Part shown: piece by piece, positions 1 to 12,360 of the stretch
How positions within the stretch are numbered: the stretch's first letter is position 1
Layout of the letters: the number at the start of each line of letters is the position of its first letter
Assembly (NCBI RefSeq): GCF_963921235.1
Contig: NC_086097.1
Coordinates: 152,770,001 to 152,834,000 of the forward strand
Source of the DNA: Mobula hypostoma
Lineage: Eukaryota
Length of the DNA: 64,000 nt
Reading direction: 5' to 3'
The notes under the pieces: model-generated
The model's input: the letters and a program-made list of their open reading frames with translations, nothing else
Databases searched by the model: none
Told to the model about the DNA's origin: nothing
Translations under genes and position numbers: made by a program

Positions 1-322
1 CTGGTACTGTGGCTATCTTGATCAAGAATGTTTAAGTTGTATGTTAGTAAGTAAAGCTTTTTCTTAAGAACAAGTGTCAAGCAAGTAGCAGTGAACCAGT
101 AAATTGGCATAGAATTTGTGGAAGAACTTGAAGCGTTTAAAGCCTTTTCATCACTTATAAAGTTAAATTTAGGACATTATTGGAATATTCAATGACAGTA
201 ATTAAACTCTACACCACCTGACCTATATTCATGCTCTCCAGTAAGGACTATTCCTGTTCCCACAACTTTTCACAAAGTTTATTTCACCCTCAGAATTCGG
301 CCCTGCGATTTTTGTCAGCAAA

Positions 323-640
323 GTGGCCACAGCAGTTAGTGCCGCTGCTTCACGGCTCCAATAACACATTCATTCCAGACCACATGTTCTCTGTGTGGAG
401 TTTGCATGCTATTCTTATTACCATATAGGTTTCCTTGTTCTGATTCCTTCCAAATCCCCAAAATGTGCTGATAGGTTAATTTAAAATGTAAATTACTCTT
501 TAATGTAAGTATTTGGCAAAAATAATAAAAGATGAGCAGAGATGTATGTGAAAGAGAATAGGTTTAAGGTTATTGGGAAATAAGAGGGTGTAGGACATAT
601 GGGGTTGTCTTGTGAGCAGTTAGCATGGATCCAAAGGACT
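323..640 (+). mobile_element. Degenerate HE1-like V-SINE (tRNA-derived)
   Basis: tRNA-like head (tggccacagcagttagtgccgctgcttcac) followed by V-domain-like tgtgtggagtttgcatg...gtttcc...ataggttaatt; recognised from memory of the family, not aligned. Confidence 0.6.
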
Positions 641-915
641 GATTGAGCTTCTTCACCATCATAGTGAATATGTGAAACAGCAGTATCATGGGATCCACAT
701 AAGCTCCAAATTCTCTCCAAGTTCAAACACTATCTTCACCTGAATGCATATCACTGCTTCTTTATCATCTCAGGCTCAAATGATCAGATTATGGGAACAG
801 AATCATTAAAGACTACAGTCATTCAGAGATTTTTCAATAAATTATAGATGTTCCTACTTCCCTCACCTTCATCTCAAAATCAAGTGTAATCAAAAATCTT
901 CTAAAATGTGCAAAT

Positions 916-1075
916 AAAAAATCAAATTATGTACACCCTTTCAGATATTTTCTGCGAATGTCTGTAACTCCCCAGTTGCTAATTTAAATTCCATTAAAAA
1001 ATCAAATTATGTACACCCTTTCAGATATTTTCTGCGAATGTCCGTAACTCCCCAGTTGCTAATTTAAATTCCATT
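916..1075. repeat. 80-bp tandem duplication (2 copies, 1 mismatch)
   Basis: 916-995 and 996-1075 are identical except T963/C1043. Confidence 0.95.
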
Positions 1076-2329
1076 TTATTTCCTGGTTTGAATCTTTAAT
1101 AGCATGTGGCTAGTGGATGGAACACAGTGAACTTGGACTTATCATTTCTAAATCCTCCAGCATTGTTTCTTTTTCATAAAATTTCTGTGCCTGTTATAGA
1201 TTAATTCTTCAAGATTTATTGTCAATAGTTTCATTGTCACAGAACTACTGTGATCATAAAAGTTAAATTAGATGGACATGGCCCTTGAGCAAATTTTATG
1301 CCCTCTGAAACTGTTGATACATCCTTTTCTTTCACCTTATTCTCCTTTTAAAATTGGTTCTTTTATTTCCCTAGTCATTTAAGACTAATGAATTTAAAGT
1401 TGCTAGGACTTGTTTTATCTTAATGAAGTTTATCAATTTGTAGATTTTTTCATCCCTTCTATTACATTCTTATGTGCAGACCATACATACTTGAGAATTT
1501 ATTGGGTCTGAGCATATTATACTTGTATATGTATCCAGAAAGTGATGCTAATGTCATTTAATTGTGTTATGGAATCTTGAAAATGAAATGGATGAAAAAT
1601 AGACCATCTTTGACCTGAAACATTGACTCTATTCTCTTCTCACAGATGTGGCCAAGACTGCTGAGTATTTTCAGATTTTGTTTTTATTTTTGATATGGAA
1701 ACGTCCTTTGATAGGCAGCATGGAACCAGCACGTTCTCTCATGAATACTTGCAGCTTTAATTGAATGCGTAAATTATTTTTAGATAATTTCCGACTACAA
1801 TCCCATTCATAGCCTCAGTTCACCAGCAGTAATTCTCTTCAACTGGAAGCACTGGAAGAATGTCTCAAACTTGCATTTGACATCTGTTGGAATGGTTATT
1901 ACTAGTCACCTCTCCTTTTATTTAATTAAGCATTCTTTTTACCTGTTTCTTATTCCTTACATTTACACATAATCCTCCCATCAGGCATTGTATAATTTGT
2001 TTTACATAACATATATATAAATACATTTAAGACCATGGATCTTTAATTAGCATTTAAGAATCCTTAGAATGTCAAATCCTCAGTGGAATACTTTTAAAGG
2101 TAATTTCCCCCTACAAGTTGTATATTTGGCTTGTGGAAAAAGCAGAACATTCTGGCATTAACATATTAGGCCAATCAAAATTTTTGACTATGTCTGTTGT
2201 TTTGATTAAAAACATTACCTGAAATGCCACTCTTTTTTTTTTCTTTATACAAACATAGATGCTGATTGACCTGCTGCCTATTTAAGTTCCTTCAATCTGC
2301 TATAACTGGTGCAACAATCATGTGTGGGA

Positions 2330-5300
2330 GAACAGGGAAGGTTCAGGCATAAAAGGAAGTCACTGCCTAGTGCAGCAGTCATCGATGGAGTGGTGTGAGT
2401 CCAAGTGGTAGGGCTTTGGTTCTTTCGGGCTTCGGCGGGGTAAGTGGACTTCGTTTTTCCCTTGCATTTTTTGAGGAATAGAGAGCACGTCTGTAGGGTT
2501 AGTGCTTTGCTCTGGGTGTCAGATGTGGGAGTCTTGGGAATCTTTCAGTCTCCCAGATGGCCACATCTGCGCCAGGTGCACCAAGATGCAACTCCTGAGA
2601 GAGTGTGTTAGGGATCTGGAGCTGCAGCTTGATGACCTACAGCTTATTTGTGAAAGTGAGCAGGAGATACAGCAGATAGGAGCTACAGGGAGTTAGTAAC
2701 CCTGAGGCTGCAGGAATTAGATAAGTGGGTGACTGTCAGGGAAGGGAAGAGCTCAGATAGCAGAGAGCACCCCTGTGGCCATCCCTCTCAGTAATTGTTA
2801 TCTCGTTTTGGATGCGGTTGAGAGGGGTTACCTGACAGAGGAGGAACATGGTGGTAGGGTCTCTGGCACTGAGCCTGGTTCTGTGGTGCAGAGGGGAGAG
2901 AAGAAGATGAGGAATGCAGTAATCATAGGGGATTCCATAGTGAGGGGAACAGACAGGAAGTTCTGTCAGCCTGATAGAGATACCCAAATGGTGTATTGCC
3001 TCCCAGGTGCCAAGGTCCTGGATCTCTCAGCTTGGGTGCAGAGTATTCTGAAGGGGGGGTGAACAGCCAGAAGTCTTGGTACACGTTGGTACCAATGACA
3101 TTGATAGAAAAAGGGAGGAGGTCCTGAAGAAAGAATTCAGGGAGTTGAGTAGGAAGCTGAAAAGCAGGACCTCCAGGGTAGTAATCTTAGGATTGCTGCC
3201 TGTGCCATTTTCTAACGAGCACAAGAATAGCATGACCAGACATATTAATGCGTGGCTGAGAGACTGGTGATAGGAGGCAGGGCTTTGGGTTTCTGGATCA
3301 TTCTCTTCTGTATGACCTGTACAAAAAGGATGGGTTACACCTAAACCCAAAGGGGTCCAATATCCTAGCAGGCAGGTTTAATAGAGCTGTTAGAGGGATT
3401 TAAACTAATTTGGCAGAGGGATGGGTACTGGAGTGATAGGTCTAAGGTACGGGAAAACAGAAATAAATCAAAGATAGTGTGCAACAGAGATGATAGAAAG
3501 GACAGGCAGGAGATGAGGCATAGTCACAGCCAGTGGGATGACCTATAGGACAAAGAGAGGGCATACAAGGAAGCCAAAGCTAGTGGGAAGATTGAGGATT
3601 GGGAAGCTTTTAAAAACTTTCAGAAGGAAGCTAAGAAGGTCATTAGGAAGGAAAAGATGAATTATGAAAGGAAGCTGGTGACTAATATCAAAGAAGATAC
3701 TAAAAGCTTTTTTAAGTATATAAAGGGTAAAAGAGAGTTGAGGGTAGATATAGGACCAATTCAGTCTTCATAGTGGAAAACATCTGCAATATACGAGACA
3801 TTCAGGAGTGTTAGGGAAGTGACTTATGTGCAGTGAAAATTACGACTGAGAAGGAGGTCAGGAAGCTTAATGGTCTGAATGTGGATAAATTTCCTGGACC
3901 TGATGGAATGCATCCTCAGGTTCTGAACGAAGTATCTGGAGAGATTGTGGAGGCATTAACAATGATCTTTCAAGAATCAATAGATTCTGGCACTGTACCG
4001 GATGACTGGAAAATTGCAAATGTTACTCCACTATTTAAGGGTGGGAGGCAGCAGAAAGGAAACTATAGACCTGTTAGCCTGACATCAATGGTTGGGAAGT
4101 TGTTGGAATCAATTGTTAGGGATGAGGTTACGGTGTAACTTGAGGCACATGACAAGATAGGCCAAAACCAGCATGGTTTCCTGCCTGACTAACCTACTGT
4201 AATTTTTTGAGGAAATTACAAGCAGGGTGGACAAAGGAGATGCAGTAGATGAGGTGTACCTGGATTTTCAGAAGGCCGTTGACAAGGTGCCGCACATGAG
4301 GCTGCTTAGCAAGATAAGAGCCCATGGAATTACAGGGAAGTTACTGGCATGGGTGGAGCATTGGCTGGTTGGCAGAAAACAGAGAGTGGGAATAGAGGGA
4401 TCCTATTCTGGCTGGCTGCCGGTTACCAGTGAAGTTCCACAGGGGTCAGTTTTGGGACCGTTGCTTTTCACGATGTATGTCAATGTCTTGGACTATGGGA
4501 TTAATGGATTTGTGGCTAAATTTGCCGATGATACAAAGATAGATGGAGGAGCGGGTAGTGTTGAGGAAACAGAGAGCCTGTAGAGAGACTTAGATAGTTT
4601 AGGGGAATGGGCAAAGAAGTGGCAAATGAAATATAGTGTTGGAATGTGTATGATCATGCACTTTGGTGGAAGAAATAAATGGGCAGACTATTATTTAGAT
4701 GGGGAGAGAATTCAAAATGCAGAGATGCAAAGGGACTTGGGAGTCCTTGTGCACGATACCCTAAGGATTAACCTCCAGGCTGAGTTGGTGGTGCAGAAGG
4801 CTAATGCAATGTTGGCATTCATTTCTAAATGTATAGAATACAAGAGCAGGGATGTGTTGTTGAGGCTCTATAAGGCATTCGTGAGACCACACTTGGAGAA
4901 TTGTGTGCAGTTTGGGTCTCCTTAGTTTCGAAAGGATATACTGACGTTGAAGAGAGTTCAGAGAAGATTCACAAGAATGATTCCAGGAATGAAAGGGTTA
5001 CTGTATGAGGAGCGTCTGGCAGCTCTTGGGCTGTATTCCCTGGAGTTCAGGAGAATGAGGGGGGAATCTCATAAGAACATTTCGAAAGTCAGAAGGCCTG
5101 AACAGATTAGATATGGCAAAGTTATTTCCCATGGTAGGGGAGTCTAGGACAAGAGGGCACGACTTCAGGTTTGAAGGATGTCCAGAGATCTGGAGAGATT
5201 ACTTTAGTCAGAGGGTGGTAAATCTGTGGAATTTGTTGCCACGAGCGGCTGTGGAGGCCATGTCATTGGGTGCATTTAAGGCAGAGATAGTTAGGTTCTT

Positions 5301-5443
5301 GATTAGTCAGGGCATCAAAGAGTATGGGAAAAGGGCAGGGGAGTGGGGATGACTGGAAGAATTTGATCAGCCCATGATTGAATTGCAGGGCAGACTCGGT
5401 GGGCCGAATGGCCTACTTCTGCTCCTATATCTTATGGTCTTAT
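2330..5443 (+). mobile_element. CR1 LINE, internally deleted: ORF1 (Cys knuckle + SGNH esterase) and RT remnants
   Basis: ORFs CSGCQMWE..HICARC, VIIGDSIVRG, VHVGTND (ORF1); PGPDGMHP, YRPVSLTS, YLDFQKA, VPQGSVLGP, FADDTK (RT); CR1 3' tail ...cctatatcttatggtcttat. Many stops and frameshifts. Confidence 0.95.
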
Positions 5444-6032
5444 ACTCCACAAGTCCAAAATTCCAGACATTTTAAAAGGTTTATGAATATATCAATCACA
5501 ACCCCTTCCTGCTTATGTAAAGGGTTTTATTTTGCCTTCTACAATCTTGTATCAACTAAACGTGATTCCTGACATTTTGTCAAACTACTGTTCATGCAAA
5601 GGAAATTCCACAGGTTTCTTTCTTTAAAACAGTTGTCAGGGAGGGGTGGTGGGTGGATCTCCATCTGTAATTGATTGTAAAGAATGAGCTGATAGTCAAA
5701 ATGAATGGCATAAAAAAGACAGGCACTTGGAATGTAAATGCTGAAAGCCAATAGGTTGCTTTTGGCTGGATCTATGCCAGGTCACTGAGGAAAAACAGAA
5801 TAAGGAACAAATAACCATAGTACAGTCTCAAAACCATTAGGACAGATCCAGCAGACCAGAAGATTGAAGATGATACACTAAAAACAGGGAGAGGCTGCTG
5901 TTAGGCTGCCAGAGCGATAGCCATAGCATCAACTCACTCCTTCAGCATGAGTTGTATTCTACACAGTATATTTGAAGCTGCCATTTCGGATCTTAATGGC
6001 ATTCTTCCCTTAATAGCTACTGTGTACATACA

Positions 6033-6254
6033 TCTATTGATGCTTCTGGACACATCTTCAGTGATGTTCCTGGACTCATCGGGTGTTTCGGGTCTTTCAA
6101 CATCATACAACCTCCTCCAGGTGACCCAGCCGGGGCTGATCAGACCCCAGCTTGTGTCCAGATGGCTAGCTACTTATGACTCCATGGCTCCGCTCTTTTG
6201 AGCCACAGCCATTTGAGGCCCTCTCTGCCGCATCAGTGGTACTGCAGATGGCTC
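6033..6254 (-). mobile_element. 3' fragment of a HERO-like (RLE-type) non-LTR retrotransposon
   Basis: Minus strand reads AICSTTDAAERAS/WLWLKRAEPWSHK* (one frameshift), resembling the HERO C-terminus, then a structured 3' UTR; flanked by direct repeat acataca (6026-6032, 6255-6261). Confidence 0.65.
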
Positions 6255-6654
6255 ACATACAATAGAGTATCATTTCATACATCTATGCTATAGCCACTTT
6301 AGTTGTTAGTTGATGATTTTTTGCTGATGCAGAGTGATTCTACAACTACTCTGGAGTTCTGAAATGGAAACCTTTAAAGGAGAAATAACGAACATCACAC
6401 AGTCCAATTCACAGCCATTGAAAGTATGTCAGGCCGCACAGAGGCAGAGAGATAAAATCTATGAGTCCCTTTATGGTTGAAGGAAAAATGTTTGTTAGTA
6501 GTGTTAGTGTGAACTCCATGAATAAATCCAGTGCTGATTTCCACTATGGCTTTACTTCCATCCTCAGATTTTATTTACTGCAAGTACCATACTCCCCATT
6601 GCCCATAATTTTCTTGCTATGGTTTCACTTTACTGGACACTTACTGCACGACAG

Positions 6655-6760
6655 ATCCTGCAGATGCTGCAAATCCAGAGTAACAAACAAAATGCTTGAG
6701 GAATCCAGCAGGTGAGGCAGTATCTATGGAGAAGAATCAGCAGTTGATGTTTTGAGCTGT
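6655..6760 (-). mobile_element. Penelope-like pseudo-LTR tail fragment
   Basis: ctgcagatgctgcaaatccagagtaacaaacaaaatgcttgaggaatccagcagg..., the reverse complement of the tail following the GIY-YIG ORF at 52940-53040. Confidence 0.7.
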
Positions 6761-7094
6761 GACTTACACGGCACTGGAGATCAAAACTGAACCCAGGTCA
6801 CTGTAGTTTAAGCAGCCATTTTCCTAGCTGCTCCAATGTGCCATTGAAGACAACTGTGTTGCTAAATTACGTACAGAGAAGTTAACAATACCAAACAAAA
6901 CTGAGGGGTACTAATGAAGGGTCTGATACTTTTGTAACTCCAAAACATAAAACTAATTGAAAGAAAAACAAGCGAGTCTGAGTGACAAATGTAAAGTTTG
7001 TTTTAACTTCTGACAAGCCAGTTGTGTAACGAAGTATGTCATTCACGTACTCTTACATATAACCCATAATGAGTTATGTGAACAATGAACAATG

Positions 7095-7250
7095 AAGCAA
7101 CACACATCAAAGTTGCTGGTGAACACAGCAGGCCAGGCAGCATCTCTAGGAAGAGGTACAGTCGATGTTTCGGGCCGAGACTCTGCGTTCACCAGCAACT
7201 TTGATGTGTGTTGCTTGAATTTCCAGCATCTGCAGAATTCCTCGTGTTTA
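7095..7250. mobile_element. Palindromic mini-element made of inverted Penelope pseudo-LTR tails
   Basis: Perfect 30-bp inverted arms 7095-7124 / 7187-7216; flanking 14-bp direct repeat aatgaacaatgaag (7084-7097, 7259-7272). Confidence 0.8.
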
Positions 7251-7314
7251 CATTTTTAAATGAACAATGAAGAATGCTTAATCAAAGATATATTTATGGT
7301 ATTTCCGATGAAAT

Positions 7315-8335
7315 AGATGGCGCCAGCAAACAACGTTACCAAGAGCGACATCTTCAAGACGGGCCATGGAGAAGCTCCTTTCATTTCTTTGATGTCTTCT
7401 TTTTATTTCAGATCTGGTTCTACTACTGTTTAAGCCTGTTATCTACATTCTGGCCATGTGCTTTCAAGTCAATAAGGTGATCTGGTACTTTGCTGTTTCC
7501 AACAGAGTACCATGAGGTATGAAGCCCAGGAAGACTGGAGATGGGGCTGGGCCCATGATTAACTCCATCTCTTACTGATCTTTCCGATTAAAGTACCGAA
7601 AGAGATTGAATTCATCGAGGCTGGTGTGGAGGCGACTGAGTGCTCAGTGTGATCTACCAGCCTCTCGCTTGCTGCTGACAGAAGAGGGTGCCTGCATATG
7701 ATGGTCTCTCCCTTCCTCCCTCCCTCCCACTGTTCACGAGGGAAGGTTCTTGCATTCAAAAGATCTCTTGCTCTTGCTCTCCCACCCTCTCTCTCTCCCA
7801 CCCTCTCTCTCTCCCACCCTCTCTCTCTGCCCCCTCCCCTTCCCCCTCCCCCCTCTCTCCCCCCCTCTCTCCCCCCTATCTCCCCCCTCTCTCTCTCTCC
7901 CCCCTCTCTCCCCCCCTCTCTCTCCCCACCTCCCTTGATGCTATTGGAGAATGGTGCTGGAGCAAGGTTTAATCAAAGCAGTTTGTGGACTGTGGACTCT
8001 AATGCACATTTATGATCGGTTCTAGTTTTCTGGTCACCCACTTTGCTTCCTTGGGTGATTTTTGAATCAAGGCAGCCTGCAGATAATAAACACCAAACTG
8101 AACTGAAATGTGCCTTTTGATTATATGTTTTATATCCTGTGTTTTCACTCAACTTTTTTGTTGCAGTTTGTGCGATTTGTTTCTTTTATATGTGGGGGGA
8201 GCGAGGGTTGATGTTTTATTCTTTGAATGTGCTCCATGGTTCTTCTTTGTTTTGTGACTGCCTGTGGGAAAGATTAATTTTTGGTTTGTATACTTCATAC
8301 ATACTTTGATAATAAAAGTACTTTGAATCTTTTGA
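7315..8335 (+). mobile_element. Non-coding non-autonomous retroposon with Rex1/L2-type tail, nested in Gypsy LTR
   Basis: Starts agatggcgcc and ends catactttgataataaaagtactttgaatcttt, like the tails at 24660-24707 and 53660-53716; interrupts the LTR sequence. Confidence 0.65.
7765..7935. repeat. CT-rich low-complexity / (CT)n-(C)n microsatellite
   Basis: Almost pure pyrimidine run; explains the Pro/Ser/Leu-rich ORFs here. Confidence 0.95.
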
Positions 8336-11300
8336 GTATTAAATACTCAACAATCCTCCCTGTTTAGCTATAAACTCCAGTGCAATATAGAATGCATCTA
8401 AACTTACAGTGTTTATACATACGGTATGCAGAATACTATATAATACAACATATTATATAGGGGGGAGAGGGGGGAGAGAGAGGAGGAGACAAAGCCAGCA
8501 CAGTAATTGTCCCATTCAGGACTAAATATTTAATCGCTGTGGAGGATTCTTACTCTTGTGGGATGATGTATTTCCTGACAAGGGGCTCATTCTGCTTGGC
8601 CAGTGAAACCTGTGGCTGTGAAACAATCTCTGCTTTTGGGGCCTCCTCCATGGTGGTTGTAAGAGTTAACTCTGGGACAGCAGGGAATGGTTTTGAGAGC
8701 TCTGGACACCTTTCTTCTCCATTCCTCTTTCATCTCTAAGAGGATCTTTGCATCTTCTGGGTATGCTGGCATCCTGAACAGTGCATGGTAAGCTGCTCGA
8801 TCTGCTGATCTATCCCAAGCCACCAGACAAAGCTTTGAGCCAACAATTTCATTTTGACCATGCCTAGATCACTGGTATGTAGTTCCTCCAACTTTATCTT
8901 TCAGCTTTCATAATACAACAACTCTCAATCCCCACACAAAAGGAGCTAAATAAAGAGCAAATTCATCGCAGCACTAGTAAAAATGGGGGAGCTGGAAGTT
9001 CTGTTGCATATTCCAACCATGTTGAGGGACCGTGTAGACCTGAGACAGTGTGGGGTCTTTTCTGGTTTCTCTTTGGATCATCTCTCCCATAATAAGGAGA
9101 CTTTTGATTTGCATTAGGGAGAATATGTCAAAAGGAGTATCCTCTTTTGTAACTTTTTTCAGGTATTTCCCCTTCCAAGGCTAAACAGGACAAACCATCA
9201 ACATTTCCATGATAAGTTGTCCTCTTGAATTTGATCTTGTAATTGTGTTGTCCAGGAAACAGAACCCTACTCTACATTCATGCTTCTGTTGTTAATGAAG
9301 CACCCTTCTGCGGATTGAAAACGGACTCCATGGATTGGCGATCAGTGAGGAGAGTAGACTATCTCCCATACGAGTGCTGACTGAAACATTATATGCCCCA
9401 ATCCAGACTCAAGTCCTCCCTGTCAATCTGTGTGTAATTTTTCTTTGCAATGGTAAGGGAACATGATGCAAATGCTATGGGGCATTCACTTCCACCACTC
9501 AAAACATGACATGACTGCACTTAAGGTGAAGAATCAAACGCAAGCTTCACTGGACATTGTGGATCGTAATGTATGAGTATAGTGTCTGACATCACCACTT
9601 CCTTTATCGTTTTGAAAGCCACCTCACACTGATTTGTCCATTCCCATTTCATCCAGATCTGTAGTAATAAGTTCAAAGGGTGGAGCACAGTAGCCAGATT
9701 TGGCAGGAACCTGTATTAGTAATTGAAAAATTATTTTAAAAAACCTGCAACTGTGATATATCTTTTGGGCTTGCAGTATTCACCACTACTTGAATCTTTT
9801 CAGCACGCTTGTGCAAACTTGTGCATCAATGGTGTAACCACAATAAGTAATGCATGGCTTAAAGAATTCACACTTGTTGCATCAAGCCATGAGCCCATAA
9901 TCTTCCAATCATTTTAACACTGCCTTACGATTTAGGAGGTGATTCTTATCATCCTTACTCATAACAATTACGTCATCCAGGTAACACGGAGTGCCTGGGC
10001 AACATTGCAAGAGTACAGGAGCAGATGCTACTCCAAGAGTAAGACTTTTAGAGTGTTAAAGCCCTTTATAAGCATTTATGGTGAAAACACTTTGGACTCT
10101 TCTTCCACTTACATCTGTAGGTAGGTCACAGCTAAGTCATTTTTGCTGAAGTTTATCCCTTTGGAAAGATTTGCAAAAATATCCTCTATCCTGAGCAAAT
10201 GGTAATGATCTATTTTTAGTCCTGTGTTGATAGTGGTCTTAATATTATCATAAACCCTGATAGACTCATCATTTTTGGCTACTGGGGCCATTAGCATTGC
10301 ATATGGGCTCTACTCAATCTTGAAAAAAATTCCTTCAGTCTCCAAGTGATCTAGCGGACTAGCTATTTTATCATGGGTGATATAAAGAATAAGGTGAACT
10401 TTGTAAAACTTAGGTCTGGTATTTTCATTTAACACTATTTTACCCTTGATAAGTTTCATTTCATATTTAATTTGCTTCAAAATACTGCTCAGTTCGCTCA
10501 GTATACAACAGCCAGTTATCTCTTGTGCAATTGAACACATCTTCCTTTCCAAAATAGCCAGCTATTTCCGCTGTTTTTTTTAAATTTATGATTATTATCA
10601 CTTGGTATTCACTGTTGATGAACCCATGATTTTGTCTGTTTTCTGTTTTTTATTTTAACTCGACTGTCTCTGTCCCTTCCCAAAGAAGCATATGCTGTGC
10701 TGTTTTTTTTTAAACTTGAAAGTTTCTCACTGTGCTTCAACAAGTAGGAGTGATCTTGGGTTCTTTTTTCTCCCCATTCTCATTATCACTCCTGTGTTCT
10801 GTAACTCAAACACATAAAACTAATCAAAAGAAGAACAAAGGAGCTTGACATAATGGTGTATGTAATTCACTTACTTTTACATATAAATCATAATTATGTA
10901 AACAGCGAAGAATGCTTAATCAAACAATATATTTACAATGTTACTCAAATATTAAACACACAACAGAGTCTCATTCCAAAAATTTGATTGTTTATTCCTC
11001 TCCATTGATTGCCTGACATGCTAAGTTCCTCTAGCATTTTGTGTGTTGCTCTTTGATATTATCTAATCAGCTCTACGTAAATACTGTATCTGATTCAAGC
11101 TCATGTACTGATCACTGGAGCACTCCTTCTCATATGTTATTAATGGAAGAGAGAGACATGAAATTTTCAGTGACAGGACCATAAAAGCACAAACTCCTCC
11201 TACTCTCATTTTTTTTGCACTACCTTACTTTCCATTTTTCTATTTTCTATGATTTATAATTTATATTTTTAATATGTACTAATTTTTGCTATTTTTAATA

Positions 11301-11496
11301 TTTTTAATATTTAATATTTGTTATCCAGGGAGCGAGAAGCGCAGAATCAAATATTGCTGTGATGATTGTACGTTCTAGTATTAATTGTTTGGCGACAATA
11401 AAGTATAAAGTACTATATATATAGTCTGCCTGCTCCCATCTGTCATTAAGGCAGAAAGAAAGTATTTACTCACACAGCGTCTGACTTGTATGTCAC

Positions 11497-11710
11497 ATAG
11501 AAACATAGAAATCTACAGCACATTACAGGCCCTTCAGCCTACAATGTTGTGCCGACCATATAACCTACTGTAGAAACTGCCTAGCGCCTAGCCCCCTATT
11601 TTTCTAAGCTCCATGTACCTATTGTAGAGTCTCTAAAAAGACTCTATTGTATCTGTCTCTACCAACTTCACTGGCAGTGCATTCCATGCACCCACCACTC
11701 ATTGTGTGAT
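11497..11710 (-). mobile_element. CR1 3' end fragment
   Basis: catagaaacatagaaa...acaggcccttcagcctacaatgttgtgccgacc, same tail type as 20059-20130. Confidence 0.8.
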
Positions 11711-12059
11711 ATAATTCACTTTCTGAAGGTTGCCACAATACCTTCATGTTGAGGTAGCACTTCATGCTAGATTCATCTCACACAGAACACAACTCCTTGG
11801 CTGATCTTGGCAAGCCCAATGGAGATGTGCAGCCAATGATTGTGAAATATATCCAAACATCATTGTCTGTGCATTTCTGGAGCTGAACACTAAATGGCTG
11901 ACACCTCTATCATATCAAATGGCGTCTGGATTGACCTAGAGCAGCTGGAAAAGGTCTTCTGATTTCAGTTTGTATGTTCTGCACATTTACATGAGGTGCC
12001 ATTATGAGCCTTCAGAAAGTAGATTAGTCAAACCAGTCATTGTAGTCTGAAGATGTATC

Positions 12060-12360
12060 ACAGAGCCACAATGCACAGAAATAGGCCTTTCAGCCAATGA
12101 GTCCATGCCAATGATCAAGTAATCATTTACACTAATCGCCTTGCATTCTCTTTAACTTCTCCCAGATGTTTCCATTCACCATACACTAGGGGCAATTTAC
12201 TATGCTAAAATAATCTACCTCATATATCCTTGAAACGTTGGAAGAAATCTGAAGGAAATCCATGTGGCGACAGGGAGAAACACATCAAACAGCACCAAAA
12301 ATCAAAACTGAGAGCAGGTCACGCAGTTGTAATTCAGCTATTTTTTCTAGCTGTACCATT
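12060..12360 (-). mobile_element. Degenerate HE1-like V-SINE
   Basis: acactaggggcaatttac...ccatgtggcgacagggaga is the reverse complement of the V domain, with a CR1-like tail on the left. Confidence 0.55.

Larger units (their letters stand above)
6924..10965 (-). mobile_element. Decayed Gypsy (Ty3) LTR retrotransposon with both LTRs
   Basis: Related LTRs at 6924-8353 (interrupted by two insertions) and ~10790-10965, both ending ...caaca on +; polypurine tract complement atcctccc at ~8353-8360; RT remnants (PKFYK..LETEGI, APVAKNDESIRV..RIEDIFANL..FSKNDL), RNase H and integrase-region remnants; TSD gggtc/gagtc. Confidence 0.85.

Noticed and set aside
2775..3270. SGNH/GDSL esterase as a captured host enzyme
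   Set aside because: An esterase domain is a known standard part of CR1 ORF1.
7688..8015. Pro/Ser/Leu-rich ORFs in three frames
   Set aside because: Translation of a CT microsatellite; no coding evidence.
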